Positions 56,817 through 64,000 of a stretch of DNA of 64,000 nt are shown one piece after another (within the stretch, counting starts at the first letter, position 1; each line of letters starts with the position of its first letter). The notes beneath the pieces were generated by a model. That model was given only the letters and a program-made list of their open reading frames with translations. It ran no database searches and was not told the origin of the DNA. The position numbers and the translations under genes were made by a program. The stretch is from Candidatus Woesearchaeota archaeon (GTDB lineage Archaea; Nanobdellota; Nanobdellia; SCGC-AAA011-G17; JAGVXY01). Location of the stretch: the NCBI GenBank assembly GCA_018303545.1, contig JAGVXY010000011.1, positions 1,466 through 65,465 of the forward strand. The letters run 5' to 3'.

Positions 56817-58211
56817 ATGAAAGATAAATTGAAAAAAATTAATGATACCGAATGGATTCTTTCCAAGGAATTAAGAGAAGGAATGAATGTAGACGCTCAT
56901 ATCATAGCGAATGATTTAGTCATGAAACAAATGGAAAATGCTGCAATTGAGCAGTTAACCAATGTTGCAATGCTTCCCGGAGTCATCAATTCTATTTGGG
57001 GCATGCCTGATATGCACTGGGGTTATGGTCTACCCATGGGGGCCGTAGGTGCATTTGATGAGCATGAAGGAATCATTTCTTCTGGCCTTACAGGCTTTGA
57101 TATAAATTGTGGAATCAATCTCATCAATACGAATTTAAAATATTCCGAGGTTCAGAAAAAATTGAAAGAGTTGATTCCTGCGCTATTCAAAAATATTCCT
57201 TGCGGTGTCGGCTCAAAAGGAAAATTAAGGGTCAATGATATTCATGATGTTTTAGTCAACGGAGTAGACTGGGCCATTGAGCAGGGTTACGGAGTTAAGA
57301 AAGATAAAGTGCGCACAGAAGAACTAGGCAGAATGGACGGCGCCGATCCTTTAAAAGTTTCTGAAACTGCAAAGAAAAGAGGAAAGCCCCAGCTAGGTAC
57401 GTTAGGTGCAGGCAATCATTTTTTAGAGGTTCAGAGAGTCTCAGATATTTTAGATTCTAAATTTGCTAAAAAATATGAATTAGAAAAAGATAATGCTATG
57501 ATTATGTTACATTGCGGTTCAAGGGGTTTGGGTCATGAAATCGCATCAGATTATTTAAAAATCCATGAAGAAGCTGCAAAGAAATATAAAATAAAATTAC
57601 CTGATCCTCAATTAGTTTGTGCTCCGGCCCAATCTAAAGAAGGCCAAGATTATTTTGCAGCTATGAAATGTGCCGTGAATTATGCATTTGCAAATAGGCT
57701 AGTAATGACTCAATGGATAAGGGAAACCTTCGAACAAATTTTTAAAAAAGAATGGGAGTCGATGAATATGCATACAGTCTATGCAATAGCGCACAATATC
57801 TGCAAATTAGAAAACTTTAAGATTGATGGAAAAAAGAAGAAAATTTATATTCATAGAAAGGGCGCCACAAGGAGTTATCCTGATACGCCCGTTATTATAG
57901 CAGGTTCGATGGGTACTGCTTCATATTTATTAAAAGGCACTGAAGAAGCTGAAAGAACTTTTTATTCTTCTTGTCATGGCGCCGGTAGAGTGATGTCTAG
58001 AAATCAGGCAATTTCTCAATTTAAGGGCAATGAAATTAAAAGAAAATTAGCTGAAGAAGGCAGGATTGTCCAGTCAACAAGCCCCGAAGTTCTAGCCGAG
58101 GAAGCACCGGAAGCCTACAAAGATGTTGATGAGGTAGTCGATTCTGTGCACAATGCCAAGATTTCTCTAAGAGTCGCAAGAATGGTTCCTATGGGAACCG
58201 TAAAAGGCTAA
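56817..58211 (+). CDS. rtcB: RNA-splicing ligase RtcB
   Basis: MPD.HWGYG, GFDINCG, GTLG.GNHF, H.GSRGLGH, HN, HRKGA, HGAGR, EEAPEAYK. Confidence 0.97.
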   Translation: MKDKLKKINDTEWILSKELREGMNVDAHIIANDLVMKQMENAAIEQLTNVAMLPGVINSIWGMPDMHWGYGLPMGAVGAFDEHEGIISSGLTGFDINCGINLINTNLKYSEVQKKLKELIPALFKNIPCGVGSKGKLRVNDIHDVLVNGVDWAIEQGYGVKKDKVRTEELGRMDGADPLKVSETAKKRGKPQLGTLGAGNHFLEVQRVSDILDSKFAKKYELEKDNAMIMLHCGSRGLGHEIASDYLKIHEEAAKKYKIKLPDPQLVCAPAQSKEGQDYFAAMKCAVNYAFANRLVMTQWIRETFEQIFKKEWESMNMHTVYAIAHNICKLENFKIDGKKKKIYIHRKGATRSYPDTPVIIAGSMGTASYLLKGTEEAERTFYSSCHGAGRVMSRNQAISQFKGNEIKRKLAEEGRIVQSTSPEVLAEEAPEAYKDVDEVVDSVHNAKISLRVARMVPMGTVKG

Positions 58212-58632
58212 AAGGATCATAAAGCATTCTTCTGTCAAAATAACCTTGTGCGTTGTCAATATCTTCAATTGTAGAATAAAGATAAACCGGGCCCTTGTAG
58301 CAAACTCTATCTGTAAGGCGTAATGGTTTTACATTTACAACTATAGCCATATGGGCTACATTATATTTGAGGTCCTGATAGAATTCATATGTTAGCAAAT
58401 ATCCCACTTTCACAGATTTTATAGAAAAAGGAAATTGTTTCAAATTTTTTAGGTATTCTCTTGCTTTATAGTTGCCAATATTATGGTCTTCTTTTATCAA
58501 TCCTGCTAAAAAAAGCGCAGTGCCAATGCAATTAGCTTTTCTCCTTTCGGGTTTAAGTTCAGAGTATCTAGATTCAATCTGTTCAAGAATGACTTTATCA
58601 TCAAGTCTATTCTTCTTTAGAATTTCCTTCAT
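58189..58632 (-). CDS. Hypothetical protein with papain/NlpC-P60-like Cys-His motifs
   Basis: ANCIGTA...KVGYLLTY...HMAIV; start at 58632 or 58656. Confidence 0.45.
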   Translation of the reverse strand: MKEILKKNRLDDKVILEQIESRYSELKPERRKANCIGTALFLAGLIKEDHNIGNYKAREYLKNLKQFPFSIKSVKVGYLLTYEFYQDLKYNVAHMAIVVNVKPLRLTDRVCYKGPVYLYSTIEDIDNAQGYFDRRMLYDPFSLLRFP

Positions 58633-59509
58633 CTTTCGCTTCTTCGGGCATCTCATCCAAAACCTGACCTTCTTCCAAATTTTGTCCTTTAGTGATATAA
58701 TTCTTTATATGCTCACCAGTTATCTGCTCGTATTGATTCTGTAACTGACGCTCCAATTCTTCAACCTTATTTTGCCTTTCCTCATTCAGTTTGTTTTCTT
58801 TGTATCTTTTTATTAAATTCCATTTAGAAGTTTCAGAAGGCTTAATCTTCGCTTTGACATTCGCAATTCTTTCCTCAAGATCTTTCTTTTTTAGAAAATC
58901 ATTTTCGCTCAAAAGATGGACATTAATTATTTGTGTCCCGTCTGCAAAGTTCTCAACAGTATTGACTAAAAACTTTCCAGGATATTTCAGTCCTTTTTTG
59001 GCCATATATTTAATTATATCGGCTGTGCTTGCTTCTTTTTTCTTTGAAGCAGCAATCTCCTTTTCCTCATCATTATTTCTTCGAGGATAAAACACATCCC
59101 CTGTCCTATACTTTCCGACAGGATAAGGTATCGCAATTTCATCGCCTGAATTGAAAATATCTCCAATTTGTTTATCTATCTCCTTGACTTTATTTTTCCT
59201 GTCTGCATTGTTCATCTCTTCAACTTGTTTCATAGTATAATTGTCTGCTTTTCCTTGGAAATATTTCAAAGTTCTTGAGAACCAGGATTCAGCCAATAAT
59301 GGCTTGTTAAGTATTTTCTCCTTTTCACCAATTATCTCTTCAAGTCTTGCCTTTCTTTTTTGAAGGTCTTTGATTTTATTTACCGTATCATTGTCCAAAC
59401 CAACCATAGAAACAACATCATAGGTAGTCAATCGATCCTCAATTTTTAATCTGCTTACTGCATTTACATAATAAACCCTAGGTTTTTCAAAAACATTATA
59501 ATTTTTCAT
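58607..59509 (-). CDS. Hypothetical coiled-coil protein
   Basis: 300-aa ORF with GGAGG SD; two similar K.RLEE/KDLEE...W...K.Y...NKV.E segments. Confidence 0.65.
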   Translation of the reverse strand: MKNYNVFEKPRVYYVNAVSRLKIEDRLTTYDVVSMVGLDNDTVNKIKDLQKRKARLEEIIGEKEKILNKPLLAESWFSRTLKYFQGKADNYTMKQVEEMNNADRKNKVKEIDKQIGDIFNSGDEIAIPYPVGKYRTGDVFYPRRNNDEEKEIAASKKKEASTADIIKYMAKKGLKYPGKFLVNTVENFADGTQIINVHLLSENDFLKKKDLEERIANVKAKIKPSETSKWNLIKRYKENKLNEERQNKVEELERQLQNQYEQITGEHIKNYITKGQNLEEGQVLDEMPEEAKDEGNSKEE

Positions 59510-59703
59510 TTTAATCGTAATCCTCCAAAATATTACTATTAAAGAGTAACAACTAATATATAAACCTTACGTTATTACCCTATTTCAGAAACAAATTCCT
59601 TTCAAATATATAAATATATCACTAATGATAATAAATATATCCCAAATCATAGAAACCTTTATATTTAAACTAGCCTAAACTAATATTTAAGAGGGAAGAG
59701 GGT

Positions 59704-60333
59704 ATGATAAAGGCGATAAAAGGGTTTCTACAAAAGTTTTCTATCATTTTCAAGAGCAAAAAACAGATTAGATTAGGTCTTTATGGCCCCCCAAATGCCG
59801 GCAAAAGCTCCATAGCCAATAAGATTTGCACAGACTGGCTCGGAGAAGAAATGAGCACTATTTCTGCAATCCCCCATGAAACAAGAGAAATCAAAATCAA
59901 AGAAAAACTTACAATAAAAGCAAACGGCAAAGAATTGTCTTTCAATCTTTATGACACGCCAGGCATCGCAACAAGGATTGATTACGAGGATTTTTTAAAA
60001 CATAAAATGAAGCGCACTGAAGCGAAGAAGCGTGCAAAAGAAGCCACAAAAGGAGTAATAGATGCAATCAAATGGCTCGACAACATGGACTGTGTTCTTG
60101 TAGTCTTAGATTCTACACAAAATCCTTATTCTCAAGTTAATATCACCATCATCGGCAATTTAGCTGCAAGAGACATTCCCGTTCTGATAATCGCCAATAA
60201 AATGGATCTTAAAAAATCAAACATCAAGAAAGTTCAGGCTGCATTCCCTCAGTATCCAGTCGTCGGAGTTTCAGCATTGAAAGGCGATAATATCAATAAA
60301 ATGTACGAGGAGATATTCAAAATAGTAAAATGA
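59704..60333 (+). CDS. oapA: Era-like GTP-binding protein OapA
   Basis: YGPPNAGKS..AN.IC.DW, IPHETR, DTPG, RAKEATKGV..AI.WL, NKMD, SAL. Confidence 0.88.
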   Translation: MIKAIKGFLQKFSIIFKSKKQIRLGLYGPPNAGKSSIANKICTDWLGEEMSTISAIPHETREIKIKEKLTIKANGKELSFNLYDTPGIATRIDYEDFLKHKMKRTEAKKRAKEATKGVIDAIKWLDNMDCVLVVLDSTQNPYSQVNITIIGNLAARDIPVLIIANKMDLKKSNIKKVQAAFPQYPVVGVSALKGDNINKMYEEIFKIVK

Positions 60334-60716
60334 AAACCCTGACCTTAGAATTCATACCATATGGAGAAATAGAAAATCTGTCTTCCGAAGATAGAATAGA
60401 TAAATTATTCAAGCTTGCAAAAGAAGAGAATATCGTTTTATTGCAGGGCAAATTAAAGCCAAATGAAGAAATTATGCTTATACAGAAAACAATGGAAAAT
60501 ATCTCAAGAAAATTTCGGGGTATAGAAATCTGTTCAATTGATGAAGATAAAAAAGAGAGTGCGATGGCTCTCAATAAGATGAAAAAAAGCTTTGTAAACT
60601 TGATTTTGGGCAACAGGAAAGGGTTCACGATTATAGGCCCGGCAAGTGTTATCAGGGAAATTAAAAGAGATCCAAAAAAGATTCAACTTTTAACAAATAT
60701 TAAGAGGAATAAATAA
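60330..60716 (+). CDS. oapB: DUF2073 protein OapB
   Basis: L.P.EE..LI..TM..I...F.GIEI; G.TIIGPA; second gene of the operon. Confidence 0.85.
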   Translation: MKTLTLEFIPYGEIENLSSEDRIDKLFKLAKEENIVLLQGKLKPNEEIMLIQKTMENISRKFRGIEICSIDEDKKESAMALNKMKKSFVNLILGNRKGFTIIGPASVIREIKRDPKKIQLLTNIKRNK

Positions 60717-61108
60717 TGCCCCATAAATGTGTTAAATGCGGTCAATTATTTGATGATGGCTCAGCAGTTATTCTCCAGGGTTGTAGTTCATGCGGTTCTA
60801 AATTTTTCTTTTATGTAAGAAAACAAAACTTAGAGAAGGCTGAAGAGATTATAGAAAATCTTTCCAATGTAGAAAAAGAACAAATTGAATCAGATGTAAA
60901 AGACATTATCGGTCCAAATTTTGATGAAGAACGGCCAGTAGTTTTAGATATTGAAACGGTAAGAATCTTAAAGCCGGGCAAGTATGAAATCGATTTAGTG
61001 GGTGCTTTTTCCGGCAGACCATTAGTCTATCGACTGGAAGAAGGCAAATACTTTATTGATTTAGACAGCGCAATTAAGAAAAAAATCAGCGTAACCGGGA
61101 AAAATTAA
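60716..61108 (+). CDS. oapC: Zn-ribbon protein OapC (DUF2072)
   Basis: MPHKCVKCG, GCSSCG.KFF.Y, IETVRI..PGKYEIDL, EG.Y.IDL. Confidence 0.88.
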   Translation: MPHKCVKCGQLFDDGSAVILQGCSSCGSKFFFYVRKQNLEKAEEIIENLSNVEKEQIESDVKDIIGPNFDEERPVVLDIETVRILKPGKYEIDLVGAFSGRPLVYRLEEGKYFIDLDSAIKKKISVTGKN

Positions 61109-61262
61109 GTACGCCCCTATATCGAAAATCAATATATTCTCTTTTATTTATTGACGTAGAAAATCTTATCGGCGTATCTTCTTTTTTGTCTGTTTGCTTT
61201 TCTTCTTTTAAATTTAAAAGCTCTGTTTTTTGCCTTCCGAAGGCAGTTATATATTCTTTCAT
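61086..61262 (-). CDS. Possible 58-aa hypothetical protein
   Basis: ATG at 61262 with TATA-like AAAGATTTAAATA about 30 nt upstream; no recognisable motif. Confidence 0.35.
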   Translation of the reverse strand: MKEYITAFGRQKTELLNLKEEKQTDKKEDTPIRFSTSINKREYIDFRYRGVLNFSRLR

Positions 61263-61305
61263 ATTTTAATTGTAACTCAGAAGTGACACTTATATTTAAA
61301 TCTTT

Positions 61306-63171
61306 CTATATTCCAAAAAAAGCGCGGATTTTATCCTGGGGCTGTTTAGTAAAAGTTATTTCAGAATCCTTAGGGAAACATTTTAAATAAGAATCCCATG
61401 CATATCTTTCATCCAAAAATACTACTACCCCCTTGTCAGTTTCTGATCTTATGCATCTTCCTGCATTTTGGAATGTTTTTAAAATAGCCGGATAGGTATA
61501 CCCATAATCCCACCCCCTACCAAATTTTTCATTATAGTAATTAATCAATGCTTGTGTTTTCAAATCAGGAGGGGAAAGCGGAACACCGACTATTACAACA
61601 CACTTCAATAAATCTCCGGGTAAATCAATACCTTCTCCCATACTTCCCGAGCTTGCGGCAAGCAACACTGCACCAGTTCCATTATAACTTTTGAAATTTT
61701 CTAAAATTTCTTCTTTTTCTTCTTTAGTCAAACCCGATCTTTCCATAAACACTGTCTTGGAAGCTAATATGGAAAAATGCTTGTTGACCTCATCTCTTAT
61801 GCTATAGGAGGGGAAGAATATAACAGAGTTTCCAGGCACAGCATCGGTAATCTTTACGCAGTAATTAGCAATCGCGTTGTACATCTGTGCACTTCTCGAA
61901 GTGAATTTTGTAGTTGTATCAGGCACGATTATAGTAACTTTATTTTCTTCAGGAAATGGAGATTCAAACTCATCTGCAAAGCTTCTGTCAAAAGCCAAAA
62001 CATCATCATACATCTCTAAAGGCCTTAGAGTTCCGGACATGGCAATTACAGAATAGGCTTCTTTAGTCATAGGCCCAGTTATTAGTCCAGGATCTAAACA
62101 ATTATAGGAAATAGAAACAAATGGTTTCGATTCTTTTGTGAATCCTTTAGCCAATATTCTTACAAATCCTTCGTCTTCTCCTGGCCAAGCCTCTAAGAAT
62201 TTGGCTATTGCACCAATAGAACTTTTTTTCTTAACTTCTTTTACTCTCCCAGCTACTTCTTCAAATTCATTTATCAGATTTTCAGGATTATCAATAGTTT
62301 TTATCTCTTCAAGAAAATCCTCTTTTTTTAAAAGAGTTTCATTTCTCTGTATTTCTGTATTTTTTATAAGTTTTTCAAGTATTCTCTGTATCTTTTCGAC
62401 ATCTTCCAAAGTTTTCATTGCATTCAATCCCTTAGCTTCAAACAATGCATCCCTTAAAGTAAAAGTAGAAATTGAATTACTCAATAGAGATCTGCATTTC
62501 TCCGGTAAATTATGAGATTCATCGATTATAATTATTGATTCGCTTAATTTTTTGTTCATTTTCAGAAATATTGTTTCACGAATAGAAGGACTTAATACAT
62601 GATAATAGTCGCCAATTATTACAGTCGCCTTCTTCCCCAACTCGCATGCCATTTCAAAGGGACACAATTTAGCAACAGTGCATTTGTCAACCATGTGTTC
62701 AACATGCATTGGATTTTCTTTTTCAAGAAATTCAAGCATCCTTTTGGCCTCAGTCGTTAAATTCTCTTTGGATTTCATATTCTCGCAATATTCACAGTTT
62801 CCCTTCTCTTTCAATGTTTTGCAGTATTCTGCAAATTCATTAGTGCCCATAGTAGAAACCCCGGATTGTGAACACATCCATTTCTTTCCTAATAAATCAA
62901 CAACATGAAAGTTTAGATTATATTTTTCCTTTATTATTTTCAATGTGTCAATGGCAATTTTATGCTGTGTGTGTTTAGGTGTAATAAAGAATATCGTTAA
63001 ATTCTTTTCAATTGCATGTTTTAAGGCAACCGCCAAAGAAGCAGCAGTTTTTCCCAATCCGGTGGGTGCATGAATCAGCAAGTTTCTTTTGCTTTTTATT
63101 GCATTATCAATTTTTTCCATGAGCTTATTTTGCTCTTGCCTAACCTTGTCAAAGGGAAAATAATAATCCAT
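61306..63171 (-). CDS. XPD/Rad3-like Fe-S DNA helicase (DinG family)
   Basis: R.EQ, HAPTGLGKT, four Cys cluster ligands, DESHNL, SGTL, FFPSY, EGID, Q.AGRCIR..TD.G. Confidence 0.93.
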   Translation of the reverse strand: MDYYFPFDKVRQEQNKLMEKIDNAIKSKRNLLIHAPTGLGKTAASLAVALKHAIEKNLTIFFITPKHTQHKIAIDTLKIIKEKYNLNFHVVDLLGKKWMCSQSGVSTMGTNEFAEYCKTLKEKGNCEYCENMKSKENLTTEAKRMLEFLEKENPMHVEHMVDKCTVAKLCPFEMACELGKKATVIIGDYYHVLSPSIRETIFLKMNKKLSESIIIIDESHNLPEKCRSLLSNSISTFTLRDALFEAKGLNAMKTLEDVEKIQRILEKLIKNTEIQRNETLLKKEDFLEEIKTIDNPENLINEFEEVAGRVKEVKKKSSIGAIAKFLEAWPGEDEGFVRILAKGFTKESKPFVSISYNCLDPGLITGPMTKEAYSVIAMSGTLRPLEMYDDVLAFDRSFADEFESPFPEENKVTIIVPDTTTKFTSRSAQMYNAIANYCVKITDAVPGNSVIFFPSYSIRDEVNKHFSILASKTVFMERSGLTKEEKEEILENFKSYNGTGAVLLAASSGSMGEGIDLPGDLLKCVVIVGVPLSPPDLKTQALINYYNEKFGRGWDYGYTYPAILKTFQNAGRCIRSETDKGVVVFLDERYAWDSYLKCFPKDSEITFTKQPQDKIRAFFGI

Positions 63172-63235
63172 GATTAAACTTCTTAAAAGAAGAGAGTATA
63201 TAAACTATTTGTATGCTTGTCAAGTGGATAAGAAA

Positions 63236-63363
63236 TGGGGACGCCGGGATTTGAACCCGGATCCAGCGGTATCTTCATACCGACTTTTTCATCATAGCTT
63301 TTTACAGCTCAGTGCTCCGATATTCTGGAGCCGCTAATAATAGCCTAGTTATACGACGTCCCC
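63236..63363 (-). tRNA. tRNA-Trp(CCA) with 54-nt intron at 37/38 (63271-63324)
   Basis: Acceptor GGGGACG/CGTCCCC-A; anticodon stem AGCGG/CCGCT with CT-CCA-G; T arm CCGGG-TTCAAAT-CCCGG. Confidence 0.94.
63271..63324 (-). ncRNA. Intron-encoded box C/D guide RNA (predicted target C34 of tRNA-Trp)
   Basis: GGAGC-A-CTGA (guide plus D-type box), AGCT/AGCT hairpin, ATGATGA (C-type box). Confidence 0.75.
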
Positions 63364-63473
63364 AAGCCTACCAACGAATATAATTTAATCCTATATAAAC
63401 CTTATGCTTAAAAATAAGCCACTTGACAAACGCGCACGAAGGTCTTAATAAGAAAGTTAAGGTTTAGAAAATA

Positions 63474-64000
63474 ATGTTTAAGTTACCCTATGAGGTTAGA
63501 ATAGTGTTAAGAAAGTCTATTGATAATTATGTAGTAACGATTAAAAAAGATATTCGCAAAATATTAAAAATTGATTATTCGAGTATCCTGCTTCTAGAAA
63601 TTAATAATCAAAAATTTATTCGGACACTTAATAATGATTATCAAATATCAATTCCTAAAAAGATCACAAATACAAACGAAATAATTTTAAAATTCACTAA
63701 TATTTACAGTAAACAAGAAGCAAAAAGAAGAGAAAGATTTGAAGTGAATAAGAATGAATTAAACATAAGGTCATTTGTTCCTTCATTGACGCAATCACAA
63801 AAAGAAATTTATATCTTGCCTGAAAAAGACGAATCCTATGTTTGGTATTCAATTGGTGGCGGTGCAAAAGAGGTAAAAATCAAAAATTGTTTAAACATTG
63901 AAAAACTCTCTGAATTGGTTGGGTTTTATTTTGGAGACGGGAGTACATCAAATGGGATAAAAAGTTTCAGATTGACCAATTGTGAACCTTCTGTGCTTAT
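63474..64000 (+). CDS. LAGLIDADG endonuclease-like protein with AbrB-like N-terminus (runs off the window end)
   Basis: Open from ATG 63474; YVVTIKKDIRKILKI and YQISIPKKI; LSELVGFYFGDGS...FRLTNCEP. Confidence 0.7.
   Translation, partial: MFKLPYEVRIVLRKSIDNYVVTIKKDIRKILKIDYSSILLLEINNQKFIRTLNNDYQISIPKKITNTNEIILKFTNIYSKQEAKRRERFEVNKNELNIRSFVPSLTQSQKEIYILPEKDESYVWYSIGGGAKEVKIKNCLNIEKLSELVGFYFGDGSTSNGIKSFRLTNCEPSVL

Noticed and set aside
59510-59703. Replication origin beside oapABC
   Set aside because: The region is AT-rich with ATAAATATATC twice, but there are no convincing ORB boxes and no cdc6/orc1. Divergent promoters explain it.

Overview
AT-rich chromosomal segment of a DPANN archaeon, most likely Woesearchaeota/Pacearchaeota-like. 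This is inferred from the archaeal aIF5B, S6e, L1-P0-P1, Elp3, PINA, GatCAB, RtcB, OapABC and XPD genes, a pacearchaeosortase-like gene, TATA-box promoters and two intron-containing tRNAs. The main accessory signal is a tandem cassette array at the 3' end of tRNA-Leu(CAA). Two enzyme cassettes of about 5.1 and 3.9 kb each end in the same 89-bp repeat, which terminates in the last 11 nt of the tRNA. Neither cassette carries an integrase, and each has a divergent class I aminoacyl-tRNA synthetase paralog (MetRS-like; TrpRS-like coupled to a TrpD-like gene) next to the repeat. A second integrase-less insertion, an AbrB-RelE toxin-antitoxin pair, is flanked by a 39-bp duplication of the elp3 3' end. 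Other oddities are a UDP-glucose dehydrogenase whose central helix appears relocated to the C-terminus, a PurA paralog with rewritten catalytic motifs fused tail-to-tail to gatB, a secreted active/inactive JAB(MPN) pair, a Kunitz domain in a Cys-rich surface protein, an M23 peptidase, a box C/D guide in the tRNA-Trp intron and a free-standing LAGLIDADG gene. All calls come from reading motifs by eye; no searches were run.
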